Below, piece by piece: positions 50,219-59,347 of a DNA stretch of 64,000 nucleotides. The notes below the pieces were generated by a model. It saw only the letters and a list, made by a program, of their open reading frames with translations, had not been told where the DNA came from and searched no databases. Location of the stretch: IMG/VR virus record IMGVR_UViG_3300003323_000541, positions 35,902 to 99,901 of that record. The stretch is one strand, 5' to 3'. Origin of the DNA: a virus. Both the position numbers and the translations under genes were made by a program. How positions within the stretch are numbered: the first letter of the stretch is position 1; each line of letters opens with the position of its first letter.

Positions 50219-51331
50219 TTAATAAACCAATTCAGGAACGGTGATTGCGTATTTTTCACAAAGAACTCTTGCTGCATCTTTATCATCTTTTTCAATAACA
50301 GATACTGCTTCTTCATATTGTTCCTTAGTAAACTCTTCATTGTTGACAGAGTCTATTGCTCTGATTGTAGAATCCCATGCCCAACCAATGAGCTCATTGT
50401 TCATGATCCAGAAATTGGATAAGGTTCTGTATTCTACTCCATAAGGTTTCATGCGAAAGCTTCCAGGAGCCCCATACATGGCTCTACGACGATTATCTTT
50501 GTCCATTAGTAGTGAAGGTATACCTAAGAAGATATCCATGCGTCTAACGAGCTCTAATGAAGTCTTATCATTAGGATCTTTATATCCTATGTGAATATGC
50601 ATTTTGTTATCGTTGAGCTTTTTATCTCAACTTCTAGAATCTTCTGTATAAATTCTAGTTCGGCGTACATTTTCTCCTCCAACTTAATGGTAAGGAGCAG
50701 AACACTCTTGGGGATATTATATTCTCTTATTAGAGGTTCAATCCCTACGCTCTACGGTACTAATCCCTATTATGAGACCTAGTTACCACGGTATTTAAGT
50801 AATTTTGCAATTTCGTTTTTCAAAAGAAAAACTAACAGTCTTATTCACCGTATTTGCTCTGTTCAAATTTAGCATTTCTGCTAAAAAGGGCCATTATTGT
50901 CGACCACCAGTAGTCCGTAAGTTACCTCTTGCATCAGGAGGAGCAATCATACTCATAGTATGAGCAGAGAACTCAGCCATACAGCCAAAGGTACGATTAA
51001 ATTTGTTATTGAGATACTTCTTCTCAAATTCTGCAGAAGCTTTAGATGAAAGGGAAAGTTCAGCAGGTATGGTCTTACGAAGATATTCCATAACAAAATT
51101 AATTTCTTCTGCAAACTGCTCTTTATTTTGACAAGGAGGAATACAGAATTCTGCAGCAACATTGTCTTTTAAGATAAAATGACCTTTATCGCTAATAGGA
51201 TGAGGGTCCCATTTATCCCCGGGAATAATTCCCAATGAAGGAATAAATTCCTCTTTCTCGTCGTTGATTCTTACCAGAAATACCTCAGGATCTGCTCCTA
51301 ATGTTACATTTTCAATTGATAGTTTAGACAT
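50219..51331 (-). CDS. phiEco32-like COOH-NH2 ligase type 2, two exons (51331-50903 and 50599-50219; 269 aa spliced)
   Basis: LGADPEVF, DNV..EF, FGC, spliced LRTTGG|HIHIG, RR.MYG.PG.FR.KPYGVEYRTLSNFW. Confidence 0.88.
50600..50902 (-). ncRNA. Group I self-splicing intron (303 nt, no homing endonuclease)
   Basis: Exon ends in U paired with G in P1; terminal G; P3, P4 and P7 pairings; removal restores the frame and the GGHIH motif. Confidence 0.88.
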
Positions 51332-51338
51332 ACTTAAT

Positions 51339-52496
51339 TTATTTACGGTTTGTAACTTTAAAATGTTTTCTTAATGATTTATCGTCAATACATACAATTC
51401 CTTTTTCGGATTTTATTTCAAATTTATAGCTACCTTTTATGATAATTCCTCCAGATCCTGTTCTTGGAACCCTCACTTTAACAGCATAAGGTACATTTGA
51501 ATTAAATTTACCTCTGTATCTTTGATGGTCCTTACAGATTACTTCAGTTATTCTCTCTCTGTTGTATCTGGGTGGTTTTGGGATTATCAAAAGAAGATCG
51601 CTTGACTTTAAATTAGTCAAATCCAGCTTATATGAAGCTTCAAGATCTTCCAATGCAAATCTTGTATGAACTGAGGATTCGTTTACAGGAGCATGGACAT
51701 TTGCCACGACTCTATTTTTACCGTCTTTTCTGCATGTTATTACTTCATAAGTAGCTTGTAGTCCTTCTGTTATAGGTGAACCCTGTATTTTATCAACCAA
51801 AAGGGACTTTAGCTTCTTATTACCAAACAACTCTACAGACTTGGTATAACTCACTGGTCTAACACGCTCTCTTGACCAATGATATGTTTCCTTTATCGAT
51901 GAAATAGGAACCTCAAGGTTTCCAGATTCAAACGCAATACAAGTTAAATGAAGCTTATTAGGAATAAATGAAACCTTGAATTTTTCAATTTCTAATAATT
52001 CTTCTTCCACCTTAACTATTTTATTGATACATAAATTATGATGGTAGGAATTGAGGTTAAATGAACTAGGTAATCTCTGTTTAACCCATGTATACATTTT
52101 CTCTTCTGTATCATTAGGTACAGCTACCACAAATACATAACTATCGATATCCAGGTTATGCACCTTAACTCCCTCACTTAAATAAGGACTTAAAGAGTCA
52201 AAATAAGCTTCTTTTGTATCAGCTGCACATTCACCTAAGCTGGTAAAATAATTACTTATAGAAAGAAATTCTCTACTGGTCGTAGATAAAGTTAAAACTT
52301 TACCTTTGGCTTCCTTTTTATTGATTATATGACCTAAATAACTAAAGAAGAAGTATTTACAACCAGTTCCGGGCATTGGAGCTGAGGTAACGAAATAATG
52401 GTCAAATCCAATACCTTCGTAAGCTAGTCCTTTTACAATCGAACCCGGTATAATCTTATAGACCACATTACCATTTACTAGTTCTGTTGCTTTCAT
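51339..52496 (-). CDS. Hypothetical protein
   Basis: 385-aa ORF between the polymerase and the ligase cluster. Confidence 0.6.
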   Translation of the reverse strand: MKATELVNGNVVYKIIPGSIVKGLAYEGIGFDHYFVTSAPMPGTGCKYFFFSYLGHIINKKEAKGKVLTLSTTSREFLSISNYFTSLGECAADTKEAYFDSLSPYLSEGVKVHNLDIDSYVFVVAVPNDTEEKMYTWVKQRLPSSFNLNSYHHNLCINKIVKVEEELLEIEKFKVSFIPNKLHLTCIAFESGNLEVPISSIKETYHWSRERVRPVSYTKSVELFGNKKLKSLLVDKIQGSPITEGLQATYEVITCRKDGKNRVVANVHAPVNESSVHTRFALEDLEASYKLDLTNLKSSDLLLIIPKPPRYNRERITEVICKDHQRYRGKFNSNVPYAVKVRVPRTGSGGIIIKGSYKFEIKSEKGIVCIDDKSLRKHFKVTNRK

Positions 52497-54564
52497 TATG
52501 TTCTATCGTTTTAATAATTTTGTTGCATTCATTAATATAGTAGTCATAATTTATGTCATAATCTTTCATTGATTTCTGTTCATATTTATTGAAAACTGTA
52601 CATAGCCAACCTGCTTCGATATTTGTTTCCCTATCCTTTGGTTTAAGTGTATGGTCCTCTACCATAGAAAATATATCTAATTGATTTGGAGAGGTTGCTC
52701 TTAATTTACTCAATTGATCTATCTTTTTAGCAAGTGGAGGTAATACTTTTATTAAACTCACTCCTTTATTTGAAACATAATATCTTGTTGTTTTTGATAA
52801 ATTAGTTTCTGCTACACCATCTTTGTTTATTATTCTGGTGATAAGTGTATTTTCTCCAGTTAATTTACAGAGTTTACAGAATTCATATATATCAGTACAT
52901 TCTTCAATAGTTTTTTCTACAGGTGTACCCTCAAGGAAATATTTTTGAATTGAATAGGGAACTATTCTCATCGAATGATTTTTATGCACTTCCTTATCAC
53001 TCTCAAAATCTCCTTTTAGTTTTACTTCTCCATTAGGCTTTATAGCCATATAGTCATTCACTGAGGTCTGTATTAGCTTAGAATACTCAGCATATTCCAA
53101 CTTACCCATTTGATTATTTCCGACTTTGTTCTCCCAGTTTGAACATATCTGGTAATACAGGTCTGATAGGGATTTGTCAAATAGACATACAATACCATCT
53201 GTATTAGCACTTACAACATGGATATTATTAAGTTCCATGTCTTCTATCAACATTAATATCTCAAATTGATTACCAATTGTACAACTAAAGTGAGACACTG
53301 GAGAATATTGCCAATTTGATGATTCATTTGTTTTTCCAAAGCCACCACCATTCAATGCTAATTTATATACTTCTTCTTTAGATTTTTCTTTAACTTCCTT
53401 TGTAGATTTAAAAGTCTGCTTAGCAAGATCTTTCTTCTCAATGTTTGAAGTATAACCTATCAACCATTCTTCTCCAAGATGTTTAGGAAACAATCTGCGC
53501 TTCTTAATAGCATTGGGGTATTGTGAACCAACATCAGCATCTCTGAGATATTGATTTTCATTTGGAATTATCATCCTGGGTCCTTCACATGAATGTATAC
53601 CACCTTTGGCTATTGTATACTCAGTACCTCTGAATGTGATTTGAAATACCTGACTATCATCATCCTTATTCTTCTTTAAATCTACAGGGGCTACTCTTAC
53701 ATGGTCATAAAATTTTTGAAGTTCTGGGGTCTTAAAGGAAACATAATCAGGAATACAATCTCCAAATGTGAATGGATATACAACAGGAGTTCTCTCTTTG
53801 ATTTCTTTAAAAGATAATCCTGTGTTCTTCATGTAGGTTCTCTTGTTAATTTCATCACCAATTTTTACATCATTGAAATTAACGCAATTAATACCTAATT
53901 CAATTTGTATATCCCTCCTTAGTTGTAATTTATTCTTACCCTTATAGAAGTCTAATTTGTGGTTTGGTATATACTTAGATAGTGTATCGGTATCACCTAT
54001 TGTTAACAAGTATAGCAAATAAGTTGCTAATACATCATGATTATTATAAGAAAGAATAGTATGAATCTCTTCATTATCATAAATCTTTTTACTATGGTGA
54101 ATGGGCATGTCCTCAATATTACCCATTCTAAGAACAAATTCTATGGCCTTTAAGGACATTTTCTTTTGTTTGTTATCAAAATGCCATATTTTGTACAAGT
54201 CTATCTGAAAGATCGATAATCTCCATTCTGGTATAGGAGCCCAACCTGTTTCCCTTGATGTATTAATCACCCAATTTGATATTCTGTATATTTCCTGAGC
54301 TCTGGCTTCACTGCTTAGTTTTAATAGCTTATTTTGTTCTAGTAATATAGTTTCTATCACTTGTCCATCATATGCTATATTATTGAAACCAATAAAGACG
54401 ATCTTGTCCTTTATACATTTATTTAAAAAGTTAATGTAAGAGATAAAATCATCTCTTTCTTTATGTATGACAAATTCTAGCTTTTCTTCCGAATATGGAT
54501 CTCTGAATATAGCTGAATGAAAATTAGCCATACATTCAATATCGTAAATGTAGAATTTTTTCAT
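52468..54564 (-). CDS. polB: Family B DNA polymerase (crAss-type) with 3'-5' exonuclease domain
   Basis: YDIE, GFNNIAYD, YNNHDV; DADVGSQYP, KLALNG..GK, SANTDG, KG motifs. Confidence 0.92.
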   Translation of the reverse strand: MKKFYIYDIECMANFHSAIFRDPYSEEKLEFVIHKERDDFISYINFLNKCIKDKIVFIGFNNIAYDGQVIETILLEQNKLLKLSSEARAQEIYRISNWVINTSRETGWAPIPEWRLSIFQIDLYKIWHFDNKQKKMSLKAIEFVLRMGNIEDMPIHHSKKIYDNEEIHTILSYNNHDVLATYLLYLLTIGDTDTLSKYIPNHKLDFYKGKNKLQLRRDIQIELGINCVNFNDVKIGDEINKRTYMKNTGLSFKEIKERTPVVYPFTFGDCIPDYVSFKTPELQKFYDHVRVAPVDLKKNKDDDSQVFQITFRGTEYTIAKGGIHSCEGPRMIIPNENQYLRDADVGSQYPNAIKKRRLFPKHLGEEWLIGYTSNIEKKDLAKQTFKSTKEVKEKSKEEVYKLALNGGGFGKTNESSNWQYSPVSHFSCTIGNQFEILMLIEDMELNNIHVVSANTDGIVCLFDKSLSDLYYQICSNWENKVGNNQMGKLEYAEYSKLIQTSVNDYMAIKPNGEVKLKGDFESDKEVHKNHSMRIVPYSIQKYFLEGTPVEKTIEECTDIYEFCKLCKLTGENTLITRIINKDGVAETNLSKTTRYYVSNKGVSLIKVLPPLAKKIDQLSKLRATSPNQLDIFSMVEDHTLKPKDRETNIEAGWLCTVFNKYEQKSMKDYDINYDYYINECNKIIKTIEHNESNRTSKW

Positions 54565-54570
54565 ATTAAA

Positions 54571-54927
54571 CTAATCTGTATTTGGTAGGAAGACTGTAAA
54601 TGAATCCCTTGGTTTAGAATCTTTGAAATAATACTTAGCAAGCATGTATAGATCTTCCATAGATCTTGAAGCTCCTATTCTTTGTGTTCTTTTTGATCCA
54701 TTTTTATAAACTGTTTTACTATTTGTTGGAAAATCAAGAACCTGGTATGACCCAACATAAATATTATTTTTTGATATATAATTATGCTTTATAGCATAAT
54801 ATACAAGATCGTCTATGGAATCAAAACTTTCTTTATCGGGGAACATTATGCTTTTTCCATCAAATTTCTCTTCGACTTCTTTAAAGTATTCCTCTTCTTC
54901 ATTATTAAAATTGTATACGTCTTTCAT
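54571..54927 (-). CDS. Hypothetical protein, RS.GD..YY family paralogue 3 (short)
   Basis: TVY..Q..ASRSMEDLYMLAKYYF resembles the motif in 34603 and 55069. Confidence 0.55.
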   Translation of the reverse strand: MKDVYNFNNEEEEYFKEVEEKFDGKSIMFPDKESFDSIDDLVYYAIKHNYISKNNIYVGSYQVLDFPTNSKTVYKNGSKRTQRIGASRSMEDLYMLAKYYFKDSKPRDSFTVFLPNTD

Positions 54928-54965
54928 TATAATTTGTTTATAATCGTTTGTTAATTAATAAAAAC

Positions 54966-55048
54966 AGGTCCGTGATGGATTCTCACCAACAACCTTTCTG
55001 TTCTTTTGGAGGGAACAGAATGCACTAAAATACTTGTGCGTACGGACC
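54966..55048 (-). ncRNA. tRNA-like RNA with elongated anticodon arm (CCA at loop centre)
   Basis: GGTCCGT/ACGGACC acceptor, GCAC/GTGC D stem, TTCTGTTC/GAACAGAA 8-bp stem with CCTCCAAAA loop, GTTGG-TGAGAAT-CCATC T arm. Confidence 0.7.
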
Positions 55049-55068
55049 TTATATTACCCACGTTCTTA

Positions 55069-55641
55069 CTACCCTTGCAAGACGGTGAGCGCTGGAGCTA
55101 CCTCAGTAGCTTGTTTGTCTTCTGTATATTCGGGTAAATCTTCAACATCATGCCACCAATAATTCCACAGAATACCAAATTCATCTATACCAAAATTAGT
55201 GTCTTTTGAATCTGAACGAACACCATGATGAGTATTCCATCCAGCTTTAGTGCTTTGGAATTGAAATACCCTTTTTTTGATATTAGGACAGAATATAGAA
55301 CAAATAGGATCTGCACTATAACCACTTTCAGGATAGAACTTAGTGCTAAAGATAAGTTGTTTTAATGTCTTTAAAGAAGTATCCGGATAATAATACTTAC
55401 AAACAAGAAATATATCACCTAATGATCTGTTCTTCCTTCCATCGCATTGATGGGTCTCATCTTTAGCATATACCGTGGTATAGTTACGAAAATATTCTTT
55501 AAGTAATTTTGCAAGGAACTTGTCCAATGGCTGATCACTTTCTTTCTTAAAAGGAGGGATTTCTTCGCTAATCCGTTTTCCAATTTTAAGAAGACCTGTA
55601 TTGGCTAGTAATTCTTTTTCTATCTCTCGATAATGTTTCAT
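55069..55641 (-). CDS. Hypothetical protein, RS.GD..YYYP family paralogue 2
   Basis: KNRSLGDIFLVCKYYYP..IFCPNIKKRVF. Confidence 0.7.
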   Translation of the reverse strand: MKHYREIEKELLANTGLLKIGKRISEEIPPFKKESDQPLDKFLAKLLKEYFRNYTTVYAKDETHQCDGRKNRSLGDIFLVCKYYYPDTSLKTLKQLIFSTKFYPESGYSADPICSIFCPNIKKRVFQFQSTKAGWNTHHGVRSDSKDTNFGIDEFGILWNYWWHDVEDLPEYTEDKQATEVAPALTVLQG

Positions 55642-56300
55642 GTTTTATACTTCTTAATAAGTTTGTTTAAATATGTATGCAGACGATCGTTATCAGTCAT
55701 TTCAGGGTGTCCCTGGATACACAGAGCATTAATATTAGGATAATGTATAATTTCCGGTTCCAGAAATCCTTCTGGTATATTCATTGAATGATCGTTACCA
55801 TCAAGATATTTACCAGTTGATCTTTGGAAAGTGGACCAAGCTATTAGTTCGTGCTTAGTTCCTTTAGGATAACACATCTGATGGTGTCTTGACGGTATTA
55901 CATACTTCTCTTCTTGATTGGTAGTTATCCAATGTCCATTACCTTTCAACACATGACCCTCTACATGCTGGATAAGCTTACCACCTGAAAGAACAGTCAT
56001 TAACTGTGCTCCTCTGCATATTCCTATGATAAATTTACCTTTGGAATATTTATCGAAGATGTCAAGTTCATATCTGTCTCTAAGTGGTGATGTATAGGTA
56101 TAGGAACCTTCTTTTTCACCATACAGAGCTGGACATATATCTTCTCCTCCAGGAAATAGTAGGATATCAGCTTTCTCAGGATTCCTTACCCTTTCAACCC
56201 CTTCTATCCAGTTACTATAATGTCTATAGTAATGTTGGAAAGGAGTTACGATATGTATTTTCATTTTTTTCGTTTTGAAAGAATTTTTGAGCCAACACAT
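55638..56300 (-). CDS. Class I glutamine amidotransferase / peptidase C26 paralogue
   Basis: PGGEDI.P, GICRGAQ, SRHHQM, QGHPE; true start probably slightly downstream (MKIHIV). Confidence 0.88.
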   Translation of the reverse strand: MCWLKNSFKTKKMKIHIVTPFQHYYRHYSNWIEGVERVRNPEKADILLFPGGEDICPALYGEKEGSYTYTSPLRDRYELDIFDKYSKGKFIIGICRGAQLMTVLSGGKLIQHVEGHVLKGNGHWITTNQEEKYVIPSRHHQMCYPKGTKHELIAWSTFQRSTGKYLDGNDHSMNIPEGFLEPEIIHYPNINALCIQGHPEMTDNDRLHTYLNKLIKKYKT

Positions 56301-56782
56301 ACTATGATTGTAAGTTCATTACCGCTACTAGAGGAAATTGTCTTGTGGAATTTAAACATACTAGGGTATTCTCTTGCGAGCTTCTTAAACTGCTTAAGAA
56401 CAATACTTTGTTCACTATTGTTAACAGTTGCTACAAATGGAGTTACCTCATCACTTGATCGTTCTATACCAAGCTCGGTTTTGATACCATCGAAAATATA
56501 TTTTTCAATTTTGTCTTTTGTAGCCGCATACAGTTTTTTATTTTCTGGAGTGTAAGGTATATTATAAAAGTCAAATTCCTTCTTTAAATTATCATTATAA
56601 TGCTCTTTGGCGTCATGTAATAGGATATCTTTAGGAAATTCTCCTATTTCCTTTACTCCACAGCAATTTCTAAGTGGAGAATTATCATTTACAATTTGCA
56701 GAGTTTCCTCAAACCAGAATAATGAGCATGCAAAAGCACTTTTAAAGAATTTTTCCGGACTTATTATTTCTTTAGTTGTCAT
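56261..56782 (-). CDS. Hypothetical protein with NCCG motif
   Basis: RNCCGVKEIGEF..FVATVN. Confidence 0.6.
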   Translation of the reverse strand: MTTKEIISPEKFFKSAFACSLFWFEETLQIVNDNSPLRNCCGVKEIGEFPKDILLHDAKEHYNDNLKKEFDFYNIPYTPENKKLYAATKDKIEKYIFDGIKTELGIERSSDEVTPFVATVNNSEQSIVLKQFKKLAREYPSMFKFHKTISSSSGNELTIIVCVGSKILSKRKK

Positions 56783-57194
56783 TTCGTTTGCGCTTTAAGA
56801 TAACATTAAATCCGAATATCCGATTATTGTATTGGATATAGATATGGGTGAAGGTAGATTGGTATATAATTAATAAACATCGCCTTCCACTATTATCAAT
56901 AGCTATCCATCGGTTCATTTTAAAGCCCTTAGAGCGATTATCTTCCTCTCCGAGGTATTCTTCCCTCTGAATGTTATAATTCACTCCCTTAAGCCTTAAT
57001 TCGAAGTCGGACATTAGGATAACCCGGTTACATTTCTTTTGTGTGTCCCAGATAATGCTATCATTTTGGTCATAGTGTCCATCAAAATAATTAATAGCTT
57101 TTAGTTTGGTATAATCCTTTTGAGCATTTACACCTAATGCGAGCATGATTGTTTGTGCTAATAACAGCAATAATTTCCATCCTAAGATTTTCAT
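56772..57194 (-). CDS. Secreted/periplasmic hypothetical protein
   Basis: Sec signal ending VNA-Q (Gln at +1, typical of Bacteroidetes). Confidence 0.6.
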   Translation of the reverse strand: MKILGWKLLLLLAQTIMLALGVNAQKDYTKLKAINYFDGHYDQNDSIIWDTQKKCNRVILMSDFELRLKGVNYNIQREEYLGEEDNRSKGFKMNRWIAIDNSGRRCLLIIYQSTFTHIYIQYNNRIFGFNVILKRKRNDN

Positions 57195-57215
57195 GATTTT
57201 ATATGTTAATGGTTA

Positions 57216-57425
57216 TTAATAACAGATTACAGGTTCTCTTGTAGCAAGGGCTCTTTTACCTAAAACTACATAGTTCTTGATTCCTTCTAATTCACAGTAG
57301 GCTTTTATATTCTTATCAAGATCTTCTTCTGTGCTTCGACAGGTAAATCTTCTTCTGGAATCTTCAGGTAATTCTGCTCCATCTGCTGTGGAGGTTAGTC
57401 TTATAGAAATTTGATAAGTTTTCAT
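57216..57425 (-). CDS. Hypothetical protein
   Basis: ATGA overlap with the upstream gene. Confidence 0.55.
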   Translation of the reverse strand: MKTYQISIRLTSTADGAELPEDSRRRFTCRSTEEDLDKNIKAYCELEGIKNYVVLGKRALATREPVICY

Positions 57426-57730
57426 AGTTCAAATGCTTTATTATACACTTTGATATAAGGAGCAATCATTATATAAGCTTTACCATCATATCCTTTGTAT
57501 GAATGTTTTGTTCTAAAACCTATTCTTTTTAATGCTCTTCTGTAACTCCAGTCTGCATTTGTAGTATACATGATTTGGTGTTTATGTTCAAGTAAATTCA
57601 TTCTACTAATCCTTCCCATAATCTCACGAGCAAACGCTTTAGGATTCTCTTTAACTAAATTTAAATCATGAATTGATACATCACTTAAATAATAGATACT
57701 ACAAGTGTTGGGCAATTTTTCCAATTCCAT
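57422..57730 (-). CDS. Hypothetical protein
   Basis: PNTCSI..YTTN..ALKRIGF. Confidence 0.55.
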   Translation of the reverse strand: MELEKLPNTCSIYYLSDVSIHDLNLVKENPKAFAREIMGRISRMNLLEHKHQIMYTTNADWSYRRALKRIGFRTKHSYKGYDGKAYIMIAPYIKVYNKAFEL

Positions 57731-57735
57731 AAATG

Positions 57736-57969
57736 TTATTTTAACGGGGTTATTGAATGACTTCCATAAATTATAATGTCTGTATCTCCTATTGAATATC
57801 TAACTATAGTACCATCTTTGCTAGATGTATAATTATCAATAGTATCACAATCATTTTGCTGACAAATTACATATCCTTTATCTTTTGGTTTCTTCGTTAC
57901 TAAACCGAATACTGTTAGTAATGCTATTCCCAGTATTGCTAATAGTGTGGTTCTGGTATTTTGCTTCAT
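57736..57969 (-). CDS. Small membrane-anchored protein
   Basis: N-terminal TM helix. Confidence 0.55.
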   Translation of the reverse strand: MKQNTRTTLLAILGIALLTVFGLVTKKPKDKGYVICQQNDCDTIDNYTSSKDGTIVRYSIGDTDIIIYGSHSITPLK

Positions 57970-58011
57970 TGTTTCAATTTATAATGTTAAAGTACTTTGT
58001 CCTCTTCATAG

Positions 58012-58084
58012 TACCCAGGAGTGGAATTGAACCACTGACCGCGAAGGTATAAGCTTCACATTCTAACCACTGAACTACCTGGGT
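58012..58084 (-). tRNA. tRNA-Ile(UAU)
   Basis: ACCCAGG/CCTGGGT acceptor, TGAAG-CTTATAC-CTTCG anticodon arm, AGTGG-TTCAATT-CCACT T arm; no encoded CCA. Confidence 0.9.
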
Positions 58085-58094
58085 ATACAAGCCA

Positions 58095-58712
58095 TTATAG
58101 ATGAATATAATCGCGTATAAGGCTATTTAAATAATAATGCAGAGAATGGTCAACTACCATCTCCGGATGTCCCTGAATACCTAATGCTTTTATTTTAGGG
58201 TAATATACTATCTCAGATTCAGCAAATCCCTTGGGAAGAGAGATTTCTTCATTATCACCATTCAAATATGTGGTAGATCTGGAAGGAGAGGCTGCAGCAA
58301 TTAGTTCATGTTCCACATCAAAAGGATAGTGCATCTGATGATGTGTAGAGGTCATCTTATAGTCCTTGTTGGTTCTAAGGTCTACTATTTGATGGGTCAT
58401 CCCATGATTGTTCACATGTTGTATTAATTTACCTCCAGCCATTACAGTCAGGAACTGAGAGCCTCTGCATATTCCCAATTTAAATGTATCAGGAAATGCA
58501 TCAAAATACACCTTTTCTCTCTTATCCCGTTCGATATTTGAATAGGTTCTATTTCCCTTTTTTTCACCATAATAAGATGGATCTACATCCTCTCCTCCTG
58601 TGAATAGGATGATATCTGCTTCTTCTGCTCTATTGATTAATTCTTTGTCGTATATCCAATTAGCATAAAAAGTAGATCCTCCAACAACATAAACCTTTAA
58701 TTTATTGTTCAT
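58095..58712 (-). CDS. Class I glutamine amidotransferase / peptidase C26 paralogue
   Basis: TGGEDVDP, GICRGSQ, STHHQM, QGHPE. Confidence 0.88.
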   Translation of the reverse strand: MNNKLKVYVVGGSTFYANWIYDKELINRAEEADIILFTGGEDVDPSYYGEKKGNRTYSNIERDKREKVYFDAFPDTFKLGICRGSQFLTVMAGGKLIQHVNNHGMTHQIVDLRTNKDYKMTSTHHQMHYPFDVEHELIAAASPSRSTTYLNGDNEEISLPKGFAESEIVYYPKIKALGIQGHPEMVVDHSLHYYLNSLIRDYIHL

Positions 58713-59347
58713 TTCTTTCGTTTTTCGATCTTAAGTTCGGCAATAACATTATCAATGTTCGCTTCTTTGGTTTTAATTTTAACCCTGGAAGCATGATCGG
58801 GATCATTCAAAAGTCTTGAACAGTCTCCAACGTACTTAAAGGTACTATTATACAATAATGCTTTGAATTCTTCGTTAGTAAATAGGGTAACTCCATCGTG
58901 ATCATAGAGAGAATGATTTGCATTGAAAAATCCATCTAAAGCATAATGAGCCAATGCTAATGCTTCACTTTCCTCTAAGTCATATTCATCAAGAAGTCGT
59001 ATCACCAAAGGAACTATTCTGTGAAAATTATCAAATCCATGTTCCCAAATGTATCTAATGACTTGACAGCACAATATACCATGAATCCTATTTACAGCAT
59101 TGAAGCTTACAGTATTAAGTTCTTCATTGTAATCCAACTTACCAAAGAGAACAGATAATATATCGATATATTTCTTTATATTTTCTTTTGTTTGCGGGTT
59201 ATCTAATATGTGAACCTCTATCCTGTTTAAATCTTTCATGTAAGGCCAACCTTCTGAAAAACATACATCAGGTCTTTCCTTAATACGATCACAGAGTACA
59301 TTATCTTTACTGTCCTTAATTATAAATTTAGCTCCGTAACTTCCCAT
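58709..59347 (-). CDS. Hypothetical protein
   Basis: 212-aa ORF with ATGA coupling to the GATase gene. Confidence 0.6.
   Translation of the reverse strand: MGSYGAKFIIKDSKDNVLCDRIKERPDVCFSEGWPYMKDLNRIEVHILDNPQTKENIKKYIDILSVLFGKLDYNEELNTVSFNAVNRIHGILCCQVIRYIWEHGFDNFHRIVPLVIRLLDEYDLEESEALALAHYALDGFFNANHSLYDHDGVTLFTNEEFKALLYNSTFKYVGDCSRLLNDPDHASRVKIKTKEANIDNVIAELKIEKRKK

Noticed and set aside
50219-51331. Two separate genes or a broken pseudogene
   Set aside because: The intervening 303 nt has group I intron core pairings, and exact removal restores the frame and the GGHIH motif
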